A DNA stretch of 64,000 nucleotides. Origin: Scyliorhinus canicula. Lineage: Eukaryota. The DNA is taken from positions 21,692,526 to 21,756,525 of the forward strand of contig NC_052169.1 in assembly GCF_902713615.1 (NCBI RefSeq). Direction: 5' to 3'. Position numbers and translations under genes: made by a program. This document shows positions 48,844 through 60,794 of the stretch, one piece after another. Position 1 is the first letter of the stretch. Every line of letters begins with the position of its first letter. Below the pieces are notes generated by a model. That model worked only from the letters and a program-made list of their open reading frames with translations. It was not told the DNA's origin and searched no databases.

Positions 48844-49608
48844 ATATTCCACAGGGGGCGCAGCACAGTGGTTAGCACTGCTGCCTCACAGCGCCAACGA
48901 CCCGGGTCCAATTCCAGCCTTGAATGACTGTCCCCGTGGAGTTTGTCTGCATGGGTTTCCTCTGGGTGCTCCGGTTTCCTCCCACAGTCCTAAGATGTTC
49001 AGGTTAGGGTGGTGGTCATCGTCCTAGATATGATGCTCTTTCGGAGGGTTGGCGCATTGCAGACGTGATGGGCCAAATGGCCTCCTTCTGCACTGTAGGT
49101 ATTCTATATATGCATCTCTCTGCTAAGTGGGCAGCCAATGCCAACACAGGCTTGCTTCATTCACCCCAAAAGTAAAGGCAGCACACAATACTAGGAGTTA
49201 CTCATCGAAAAACGTCCAAATATAAACTTCAAACACACAAATCAAAGAGTGCGTACACCAGTGACAGTAATATCGATCTTCAGATATGGAAGAGTTCCTT
49301 CATTACACTTTCCCAGTGCTACAATACACTTGGTGACAGATCAGATCAGTCCCTCCTCCCTGTTGGGGATGCGGTGGGAGGGCAGGATAAGAATGGGTAA
49401 CGGATCGCTAACAGGGCATTGTGCCGATGAACCATCACTCGCCAGAGAAACTTGGGGAGTAAAGAAAAACATGTACACTCTAAAATGCTACCCCTCTGCC
49501 GTGCAGTGCACCAAATTGTCACGAGCCACTAACTCGAGCAAGACAGCACCCGAAAAGAATAATTTCCAGTTCACAAACCACCAGGATTCCCGGATTAGAA
49601 GCACGTAC

Positions 49609-49758
49609 TTCTCATGAATTTTCAGCACCCTGTGTACTATTGGAATTTCTCGTCCTTCAATCCGGAAAACCACAATTTCGCCAACTCGGATGGGATCTTC
49701 TACACGGTTGGTCAGGAAGAGGAGGTCACCTCTGTGGAAGGCAGGTTCCATACTCCCA
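49609..49758 (-). CDS. SEC11A: SEC11A exon 3 (catalytic Ser and His)
   Basis: tttcag|[50 protein letters not shown]|gtacgt; 150 nt. Confidence 0.97.
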
Positions 49759-51718
49759 CTGAAATAAAGAGAGATAAATCAAAAGCCTGATCTTTGTCCA
49801 TCAGAGAAAGGGCAAGTCGCAGGATGAAACCCAAGGTCTCCCAGCACCTTTTCATGCCTGTTGCGATTAAGATTCTACCAGTGCTTTCTGGTGCCTTGCT
49901 ATCGCTGTCAACCGGGTACCCACAGTAGATAGCAGATTGTCTCCAGTAGATGTCACTGGATTCAAATGAGAAAATCTACTAGCCCACAACCCATTTGTCA
50001 GTGTGTTTTCAAATAACGTTTGGGGATCACATCGAGTTAATTAGGATTAGCGAATTATTCAATTCCGACCTATCCTTCAATTCTGTCCATTTACTGTAGA
50101 GCGCATAACTTGATCCATTTAAACAGTTTGCTGGCTGAGTCAGGCATATGGAATAACTGAAAACACTGATCAGGAAACATTTGTAGGGACAGAATAGGAG
50201 CAGGCTCCCAAACCAATGATTTTTGGTCATGACCTGAAATATTTAACGGTTTCTCGCTCTCCACAGATATGGCCCATTCTGCTGAGCATTCGCAGCATTC
50301 TTGTTTTTCCCCCTTTCCAGCACCTGCATATTTTCCTTCCAAAACATTAACGCAAAACGTACAAATTACTTAAACCATTCGGCCCATCGAGCTTGCTTCC
50401 CCCCCATTCAATAAGATCATGGCGAATCTGATGTGACCTCATTGCCACTTTCTTTCCTAACCCCCTTACCCTGTGAATAAAAATATATCTAATTAATCTT
50501 TAAATTTCGGCAATGATGTCGCCTTTACTGCTCTCTGGAGAAGCTCAAAAAGCTCTCAACAAAATCGTCCCATTTCCGTCTTCAACGAGAGACCCCTTAC
50601 TTTTAAAATGGGGCCACCCCCCCTTGTGGCAGTCTGTCCCACAGGGGGAAACACTCTCTCAATGGACCCCTTATTTTTAAATGAGGTCCCCCTCTTGCAG
50701 TCTGTCCCACAGGGGGAAACACCCTCTCGACATCCAAACCTGTCAAGCCCCTTCAGGATCTTCCATGTTCCAATAAGATTACGTCTCATTTTTCTAAACC
50801 TGTTTACCCTTTCCTCACAGGATAGCCCTTCGCCCCAGGAATCAGTCCTTCGGCAGCATCCTCCAAGGTCACCATCGCTACCACCCAAAAAGCCAGGGGC
50901 AGCAGATAGCTGGGAACACCACCAGCACCTGGAAATTCCCCTCCGTCACTCACTACCCAGACTTGGAAACATATCGACTGTTCCATCACTGTCGCTGGGT
51001 CAAAATCTTGGAGCTCTCCCCAACAGCACAGTGGGTGTACCTACACCTCATGGGCTACAATGGTTCAAGACCGCTCACCACCACCGTCTCAAGGGCAATT
51101 AGGGATGGGCAATAAATGCAGGCCTAGCCAGCGACGCCCACATCCCACGAACAAATCAAAGAGTGCGTACACCAGTGACAGTAATATCGATCTTCAGATA
51201 TAGAAGAGTTCCTTCATTACACTTTCCCAGTGCTACCTCCTTTGAACTGCTTCTAATGTATTGTGCCCCTTCGTAAGCAAGGAGGCCAAAATTGTACACC
51301 GTACTCTGGATATAGTTTCACCAACACCCTGTACAACTGTAACAAACATCCTACTTTCATATTCCATTCCCCTTGCAATTAACAATATTCTCCTGGCAAT
51401 AAAAACAATATTTTATCTGTCTTCCTAATTATTTGCTGTGCCTGCATATTAACCTTTTGTGATTCATGTACGAGGATACCCAGGTCCTCATCTATGTGCT
51501 CCTCCTACCCAGACAGGACCCATTATCCATTAAGAACGATATCGAAGTTATGGTAGGTGGATGCTGCTGTTCCAACTGCGGATCCAGCCTTTAAAAAGAG
51601 GCAGCTCACTAAAACAGCGACAAAGACGATACACAGATATATGTCGAGCAGGGCTGGTGGGAATCCAAGACAAGCCACCTTCATACCCGAATAAAAGAAC
51701 AATCGATTTATCACTTAC

Positions 51719-51828
51719 CTGAGTACAACTACAATCGGGCTTTCGCTCCCCGTCAGAACCATCAATCCTTTCCAGATCATCAGTGCAGAAGACACAATCA
51801 TGCCAAAATTCAACACCTGATAATACAA
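51719..51828 (-). CDS. SEC11A: SEC11A exon 2
   Basis: ccag|[37 protein letters not shown]|gtaagt; 110 nt. Confidence 0.96.
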
Positions 51829-54800
51829 CTGGAACAAGAATCACTGGATTAAACACGTGACAATGCTTCTGGAATGACTGTTCATATTTCACAAAGCATG
51901 AAAAAACGTCAGTTTAGCTGCACTGGTCTTTTGTCCCCAGTGAACATCATCACAGCCCCTCACTCAATCCAGCTTTCCAGTCCACTTGTAAAGACCATCT
52001 TTGCCACTGTCCACAACTTAGTGCAATATAGAACATGATGCAGAGACAAAAAGAGAGACCAGGGAAAACTCAACACCAACACTAGCCAAATAGAAGATTC
52101 TGGAGTCCTCCAACAGCCATCAGTCCTGTATTGGACAATAACTCAGCAATGACCCATTGCTTTTCTTTCACAGAATCATAGAATCCCTACTGTGCAGGAG
52201 GCCATTCCACCCATCATGTCTGCAACGACCCTCCGAAAGAGCAGCTTACCGAGGCCCACTCCGCCCGATCCCTGTAACGCTACCTAAGCTGAACACCATG
52301 TGTCAATTTTATCATGGCCAATCCCCCTAACCTGCACATCTTTGGACTGCGGGAGGAAACCCACGCAGACACGGGGAGAACGTGCAGACTCCACACCTAT
52401 TTCTCCCGATGTCTCACTTTGCCTTTAGAATTCTGTATGTTTCCAAATCGATAATTCAGTGAAATGGTAACCAGTGATCATAAGCCCACATGGGGCACAG
52501 CAAACTGGCGTCCAAATGCACCAACTACCGTGTGAATCAGTCGTCCAACGCATCGCAATTTGGATTGGATTTGTGTTTATTGTCACATGTACCGAGGTAC
52601 AATGAAAAGTATTGTTCTGCGTACAGGTCAGACAGATCATTCCGTACGTGAAATGAAAATACATTGTAAATACACAATGTAAATACATAGGCACAGGCAT
52701 CGGGTGAAGCATACAGGAGTGTAGTAGTAGTAGTATTCAGCAGAGAAGATGTGTGAAGAGATCAGATCAGTTCATAAAGAAAAAGACACACAGTTGTTAC
52801 AATCTCAATAAATGACGACAATTATGTGAAGGATTCAGATTCCAAGGTTAATTTTCAGTACCAGAGAGGTTGCCTGCAGTAGTTGAGTTATGGTGCTGTT
52901 CAAAGGGTGTTCAGACGGAATGCCTTAATTTAACTGTGGTGGGATTAGTCCATATCCAAGGTGTTAGGACAGGAGCTGCACACCATTACAAACATATTAA
53001 TGGGGAGGCAGAAGGGAAGATGTGATTTCTATGCAACAAAGGAAGCAGCAGCAGATCTTTAACAGCAACATCCACATTAGTCCGTTCAACCCAACCTTGT
53101 CCTTTCACCACAGGTTTCAGAAAATAAAGCGGAGTCTCACTTTATACACGTTAGAAGCGGCCTCCGTACAGAAACGTTTAGCTGAGGTACAGCTGGGCTA
53201 CCAGCAGGAACGAAATGTCAAGAGCAGCCGAGTGGTTGTAAAGACGAACCTGGTTCACCTAATGACCTTGAGGAAAGGTAACCTGCCACTCTTACCCATG
53301 ACATGATTGGTGTAGAGCTCTAAATTGTGCCCCAACAAGCCAATTTAATTGCAACTCAAAGCAGTCACCCACCATCTTATCAGCAACCAGTGATTGGCAA
53401 AAAAATGTACTTATACCAAAAGAACACATTTTAAAATAGCAGATGGGAGCATGGGAATGGCGGCATTCGTGATCTCTGGCTCTACCTCTTTGAATCCTTA
53501 ATTTTATACTAATGTACATTCCTTAATTATCGTATTTTGGGATATATGTCTTGTACTATGTCCCTTGATGATGCTGGTCAGAGGATGATGAGGAGCCGAT
53601 CTAATCCTGGTTTGATTGAGGCAGTCAGGAGGTGGCTGGGGCAGGGTTCAGCTCGCAGTGGTGCGGTTTCTGGGGAACGGGCCTACATTTTGGTGGTGCT
53701 GTCAGCCTCAAGGAGGATGGTTGCTGCTACAAATGAAGTTCTGGTTGATGACCGTGGTTCAGGTTTTTGGTGCTCACTATGAGAGAATGGTGGAAAACAC
53801 AGGAGAGAATCCTGGTATGAGGGGGACTTTCCCTGGTGGGGGCTCACCTTCGGTCCTTGGAATTCCTGCTGCATGGTGGCTCATCCATCCTGACCGACTC
53901 TGGGAGTAAGGGCTGGACAAGGCGTTAAGACATAGGGGCAGAATTAAGTCACTTGGCCCAGGGTCTGGGCCCCTGTCTGACATTCTGGTCACGGTCTTTG
54001 CCTTTTTAAGTTCCGTAGGTGGTGTTATTATTCTGCAGTTAATCAATAATTCTGGACTTTGCGATTATGCTTCCGATTTCAGGTTGCCGTCTTTTCTCCT
54101 GACAAGGGGGTGTGATGTGCGTTGGTTATCCTGTTTTAGCAAAAACTATACTGACTCGGTAAAGTGATATGTGGTTTGTGGACAGTATTATACATTATGT
54201 ACTGTAATCCTTGTATCCACAGGAAAGGCGTGCATTTTACACACCCCTTTTAGATCTCCTTTGATCCCATCTTGTTCAGTGCATTGGGAGGCATTAACTG
54301 CACTGACCATAAGCCAGATCACGGTAGCACAGTGGTTAGCACTGTTGCTTCATAGCGGCAGATTAGATTCCCGGCTTGGGTTACTGTGTGAAGTCTGCAC
54401 GTTCTCCCCATGTCTGCGTGGGTTTCCTCCAGTTTCCTCCCACAAGACCCGAAAGATAATTTGGACATTCTGAATTCTCCCTCAGGTGTACCCGAACAGG
54501 CGTCGGAATGTGGCGACTAGGGGTTTTTCCACAGCAACTTCATTGCAGTGTTAATTGTGACACTAAAGATTCTAAAAGAAAAAAAAAATCTAAAGCTGCT
54601 GGTCCGCTCTGTATACATACATGGAACGATGATCATTCTGTCCTGAGTCTGAGTTTGGGAATATGTTCCAATGTGTGTTAAAACAGCCTTTTTAGAACTG
54701 GGGTTCTCTATTGTTATGGTGGGGTTCAAGAACCCACGATTGGCTCCTGCTGGGTTAGACAGGTCTGGTGTCCAAGAGGAGGGGGTTACAGTGTGTCACT

Positions 54801-55025
54801 GGTCCCTTTGACATCGCTGGAGTTGAGGGAGGTGTGTATATTGGTGCGTGCCCAAACATTTTATCCAGAGCTCTAGTGGTTTTTGCAGGTAATTGTCACG
54901 TGAGAAGATGTGCACCATTTTGCCATGTTACATGGCAATATCCTTCTCTGCCTTGTTCTCTGGTGGTGCGTAGAGCGATACCAAGTTGAATCTAATGATT
55001 GCATTGAGCCAGTTACATCCATGTA

Positions 55026-56460
55026 TGTTTTTTTTTTATGTTTATTAAAAAAATTCATAATAAATCGGAACAACCCGTATCAAACAAAAAGTACAATAGA
55101 AGAAAAAATAATTAAAAGACAAAAACACGCAACACCCAATCAATTTAAAGACAAAACCTAACCTAACCCCCCCCCCTAAAACAGCTGGTCGAGACGAACT
55201 CCTTGAAAAAGGAAATAAATGGTAGACCCCTGATGGTGAACTTGCCATTCAGACCAGGGACATCGCCAGATTGCCCCAATCCAATACATTTTATCATTTC
55301 ATCAGAGTGTAATGGGGATTCCAACTCACCACTCCTCTCCACAACTGTTGGGATGGGTAGTCTGTCCAAAATGTCAGACTTGACCAACCCATCCGCAGGA
55401 GGCTCCGATCGATAGAGATTGCGGTAAAAAAGATTCAAAAGCTGCATTAACCCGAGGGGGGGTCAGAAACGAGGTTACCGCTCGAATTGCGTTTCCGAGA
55501 GATCTCGCGGAGGCTGTCTGCCACTTCAGCGGCTGAGCCAGAAGAGGACTGGCTTTCTCCCAGTATTCATAAACATAAAACCCCAACAATTCAACATGCC
55601 CGTTGACTGAACCGAAAACCCAATTACAACACGCCCAACATGTGTCTTTTGATGAAAGGAGTCATTCTCTTACAGCTCGAAGAAATAGTCTTTTCCCTGG
55701 AAAGCGGAGCTTGGTAGATCAAACCAAACTCTCTTATACAGGGTGGCCTTGACTAGCGTCGCACTCATGTCCTGGTAGATGTATGATGGGCTCAGTCCAA
55801 TTCGGGAGGGGATGTGAATCCACTCTCACCCACCACCTTGCCCAACGTGCCCGTGAAGTATATTGTGAATACTGGGTCCTCCATCTCGTCTGGCAACCCC
55901 ACAATCAGAATATTTTGCCTCTTGAACCCATTTTCCAGAGTCATTCACCCTGGCTCTCAACAATCTATTTGTCTCAATCAACAAAGACTATTCCAGTTCC
56001 AGCGAAGGCAATTCAGTCACTGTGGCCGGAGAAGGTCACCTCAATATCTTTGATCGCGGCACCTTGGGTTTCAACGGTCTGATTAGTTTTCCCCCAGAGC
56101 CGCTCGAATGGGGGCCAAGGCCTATTCGATTGATTTGAGGTCTTCAGCCAATACGTTGGTGCTTTTCGAATTCCTTCGCCATGGTACGAGAAAGCACCTT
56201 AGTCATGAGTGGAATGAACGGAGCACCAGAAACTGACCCTGCCATTTTACTTGCTGACGAGCTCAGAGGGCTCTCAGGCTCCATCGATGGGTTTCTGCTC
56301 CCAGCCTTCTTTTCCCTGATTTTTTGGGGCATTTCAGTCGTACTAGACCCTTAATCACAATAACTGTGCGGGTTTCCGAGTGTAAACAATCCGTGGCACA
56401 CAGAAAAGGGGCAGAAAGTACAATATCGCAGCGGGAGACACCTCGTGCGCATCTCCCCCC
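55026..56460 (-). mobile_element. Internally deleted L1 (5' end and ORF1 remnant joined to ORF2 fragment and A-rich tail)
   Basis: ORF1-like QNILIVGLP remnant near 55900, ORF2-like FYRNLYRSEPP near 55400-55430, AATAAA and poly(A) at the left end. Confidence 0.7.
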
Positions 56461-56666
56461 TACATTACACCACCAGAGTCTCTTGTTTCCATCTATGTGG
56501 AGACTTCATTTTGTGCTGACCCGCTCCACTCCTGTGGTTTTGATGTGTTATTTGTTAAAATGAAAAACTTCTAGTAATTTTGTTTAAAAGCAGCTATCAC
56601 TTGTACAAATAAGCTTTTTTTTAAAAATTAAAAGTCAATTATTTCCTGTGTTTAGCCCCTGGTATC

Positions 56667-57193
56667 TAATAATAATCTTTATTGTCACAAGTAGGCTTAC
56701 ATTAACACTGCAATGACAGGTGCAGCATTGTGCATTAGCACTGGGACTACGGCACTGAGGACCGGGGTTTGAATGCCGGTCCTGGGTCACTGTCTGTGTG
56801 GAGTTTGCACATTCGCCCCATGTCTGCGTGGGTTACACCCCCACAACCCAAAGATGTGCAGGTTAGGCGGATTGGCGATGCCAAATTTCCCCTTAATTGG
56901 AAAAAAATAACAATTGGGTACTCTTAAATTTATTTTTAAAAATACTGCAGTGACTTAACTGCGAAAACCACCTAGTCGCCACATTCCGGCGCCTGTTCGG
57001 GTACACAGAGGGAGAATTCAGAATGCCCAAATTACCTAACAGCACGTCTTTCGGGACTTGTGGGAGGAAACCGGAGCACCCGGAGGAAACCCACGCACAC
57101 ACGAGGAGAACGTGCAGACTCCGCACAGACAGTGACCCAAGCCGGGAATCGAACCTGGGACCGTGGTAGCTAACCACTGTGCTACCATGCCGC
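56667..57193 (-). mobile_element. HE1-headed SINE with alternative tail X, split by a poly(A) SINE (also 54258-54575 and about 44870-45030 on +)
   Basis: Head as HE1, then gaattctccctctgtgtacccgaacaggcgccggaatgtggcgactag...gtgacaataaagatta. Confidence 0.8.
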
Positions 57194-58065
57194 CTCCAGG
57201 GATTTAGACAGCTGTTAATCAACAGAAATCTCTTTCTCAATAAATGAGTTGAGAGTCCCACAAGGTGTTCTTGTTCCAATTTCCATCCCAAACATGGGAT
57301 ACTCTGACAGTGGCGTTTAGACGGAACAAGTTGAAACAAAGATCCACCTGAACAGTGACTATAATTCTCTGGAGACCAAACTATCCAGGAGTCAGGCAAC
57401 AAGGTCAGCTAGCGCAGGAAGAAATGCTTCCACGTCCAGGGCCAATAGATACAGTATTCAGCAACCAGATGAAGGGCTGGTTACAGGCCGGGAATTCTGT
57501 GGTGAGTAACTCACCTCCCGACTCCCAAAAGCCTGTCCACCATCTACAAGGCACAAGTCAGGAGTGCAAAGGAATACTCTCCACTTGCCTGGCTGAGAGC
57601 AGCTCCAACAACACAAGAAACTCAACACCATCCAGGACAAAACAGCCCGCTTGATCGAGATCCCATTCACTTTCTTAAACATTCATTCCTTGCAGCAAAA
57701 GTGGCAGCAGCGTGTGCCATCTACAAGATGCACTGCAGCAACTCATCAAGGTTCCATCAACAGCACCTTCTAAACCCACAACCTTTACCTAGAAGGACAA
57801 GGGCAGCAGATACATGGGAACACCACCACCTGCAACTTGCTCTCTAAGTAATACGACCTGGAGTGATATTGCCATTACTTCACGGTCGTTGGGTCAAAAC
57901 CTTTGAATGCTCCCTCAATTGTGTGTTTCTACACCTTATGGATTGCAATGGTTCGAGAAGGCAGCTCTCCACCACCTTCTCAAGGGCAATTAAGGCTGAG
58001 CTAAGGTCCAGGCAGCTAAACCCACATCCCACGAATTAATTTTTAAAGAAGATTGTTCATGAAGA

Positions 58066-58262
58066 AAGTCACCATAGTCCCAGATTACCATTGGCTACTT
58101 TCCCCTTTGAGGGGGGAGAGCTGACTGGCAGTGATTTAACCCGAGGATCACCACACCTCAGGCGCGGGGCAAGGTTAAGAAGAACCTCAGCCGGTACGGG
58201 AACTGAACCCACACTATTAGCCTCTCTGCATCACGAACCAGCTGTCGAGCAAACTGCACTAA
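58066..58262 (-). mobile_element. tRNA-derived SINE (related copy 26300-26495 on +)
   Basis: tRNA-like head and shared body tgaggtgtgg...ccagtcagctctc in both copies. Confidence 0.6.
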
Positions 58263-58435
58263 TGGACACCCCCCGCGCCCCCCCCCCCCCCTAGGATGTG
58301 GCAATGAGCAACATGTACATTAAACCCCCCCCCCCCATTGTTGTCTTTTGAATAAATCAGCAATGCGTACATCAAACCCCCCTTGTCGCCTTTTGAATTT
58401 AATGCAGAAACATATTCAAGGTCCATTGACAAGGG

Positions 58436-58595
58436 NNNNNNNNNNNNNNNNNNNNNNNNNNNNNNNNNNNNNNNNNNNNNNNNNNNNNNNNNNNNNNNNN
58501 NNNNNNNNNNNNNNNNNNNNNNNNNNNNNNNNNNNNNNNNNNNNNNNNNNNNNNNNNNNNNNNNNNNNNNNNNNNNNNNNNNNNNNNNNNNNNNN
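58436..58595. other. Assembly gap (N)
   Basis: Run of N. Confidence 1.
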
Positions 58596-59014
58596 TAGAA
58601 AATTGCGAGATGGACGGCACTGGGACTACGGTGCTGAGGATCCAGGTTTGAATCCCGGTCCCTGGTCCTTGTCCGCGTGGAGTTTGCACATTGTCCCCAT
58701 GTCTGCGTGGATTTCACCCCCCATAACGCCAAATGATGTTCAGGGTACATGGATTGGCCACGTTAAATTGCCCTTCAATTGGTAAAAAAATAATTGGGTA
58801 CTCTGAAAATTTTATTAAAAGAAAATAAAATTGAGAGACACAAGTCAATAAAATAAAATACTAATAAACCTTGCATTTGACAGCCGACAGCCAAAGCACT
58901 GCTTGGAATCTGTGACAATGAAAGTGTTCTGCAAACGTCACCACCGTGGCAAAAATACAAAGCCCATTTCAAATTGAATGTTCACACTTATTTTTTGCAA
59001 CAAAAGCCTCATAT

Positions 59015-59279
59015 ATCATGGGACATAATTTTAAGGTGATTGGAGGAAGGTATAGGGGAGATGTCAGAGGTCGGTTCTTTACACAGAGAGTGGTGGGTGT
59101 GTGGAATGCACTGCCAGCAGAGGTGGTGGAGTCAGGGTCATTAGGGACATTTAAACGACTCTTGGACAGGCACATGGACAGCAGTAAATTGAAGGGGTGT
59201 AGGTTAGGTTGATCTTAGATTAGGATGAATGGTCGGCACAACATTGTGGGCTGAAGGGCCTGTACTGTGCTATGTTCTA
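59015..59279 (+). mobile_element. CR1 3' fragment
   Basis: GHNFKVIGGRYRGDVRGRFFTQRVVGVWNALP. Confidence 0.88.
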
Positions 59280-59569
59280 TCTCAAAAAGACCTGTTTTAG
59301 CCAAGTAACAAAAATAAAAAACTGTTCCCGAATCTATTCAAACATCCACCCGTTTCTCAACCATATGGTGGGAGAGTTTTGTGAGCAGTGACTCTCCCCA
59401 ACACAATTTCTACCAGGCTGCCAGCATTCCATATGGGAACCACCACCAGGTCTCAAACATCAACACTTCCACGTCACCCTTGGTGCTCGGGCCAAATCTA
59501 GACGCTTCAGTCAACTGTTCTCTCCAACATAGGCAACTATATTACAGAGGGGAAAATATCATCTGGGGA

Positions 59570-60794
59570 AGAACAAAGAAAATTACAGCACAGGAACAGG
59601 CCCTTAGGCCCTCCCAGCCTGCATCGATCCAGATCCTTTATCTAAACCTGCTGCCTATTTTCCAAGGATCTACTTCTCTCTGTTCCCCACCCGTTCATAT
59701 ATCTGTCCAGATGCATCTTAAATGATGCTATCGTACCCGCCTCTACCACCTCCGCTGGCAAAGCATTCCAGGCACCCACCACCCTCTGCGTAAAAAACTT
59801 TCCACGCACATCTCCCTTAAACTTTTCCCCTCCCACCTTGAAATCGTGACCCCTTCTAATTGACACCCGCACTCTTGGGAAAAGCTTGTTGCTGTCCACC
59901 CTGTCCATACCTCAATTTTGTAGACCTCAATCAGGTCTCCCCTCAGCCTCCGTCTTTCCAATGAAAACAATCCTAATCTACTCAACCTTTCTTCATAGCT
60001 AGCACCCTCCATACCAGGCAACATCCTAGTGAACCTCCTCTGCACCCTCTCCAATGCATCCACATCCTTCTGGTAATGTGGCGACCAGAACTGCACGCAG
60101 TATTCCAAATGTGGCCTAACCAAAGTCCGATACAACTGTAACATGACATGCCGACTCTTGTACTCAATACCCCGTCCGATGAAGGCAAGCATGCTGTATG
60201 CCTTCTTGACCACTGTATCAACCTGCGTTGCCACTTTCAGGGTACAATAGACCTGAACTCCCAGATCTCTCTGTACATCAATTTTCCCCAGGACTTTTCC
60301 ATTGACCATATAGTCTGCTTGAGTTAGATCTTCCAAAATGCATCACCTCGTATTTGCCTGGATTGAACTCCATCTGCCATTTCTCTGCCCAACTCTCCAA
60401 TCTATCTATATTTTGCTGTATTCTCTGACAGTCCACCTCGCTATCTGCAACTTCACCAACCTTAGTATCATCTGCAAACTTGCTCATCAGACCACTTATA
60501 CCGTTGTCCAGATCATTTATGTATATCACAAACAACAGTGGTCCGAGCACGGATCCCTGTGGAACACCACTAGTCACCTTTCTCCATTTTGAGACACTCC
60601 CTGACACCACTACTCTGTCTCCTGTTGCCCAGCCAGTTCTTTATCCATCTAGCTAGTACACCCTGAACCCCATACGACTTCACTTTTTCCATCAACCTGC
60701 CATGGGAAACTTTATCAAAACGCCTTACTGAAGTCCATGTATATGACATCTACAGCCCTTCCCTCATCAACTAACTTTGTCACTTCCTCAAAGA
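59570..60794 (-). mobile_element. CR1 LINE 3' part
   Basis: SGVPQGSVLGPLLF, KFADDTK, LVRPHLEYCVQFWSP, RRLRGDLIEVYK, (TTCT)n-like tail. Confidence 0.93.

Noticed and set aside
49237-49322. Duplicated C/D box snoRNA in SEC11A introns
   Set aside because: Only a poor C-like box (ATGAAGG) and a central CTGA; no terminal D box or closing stem.
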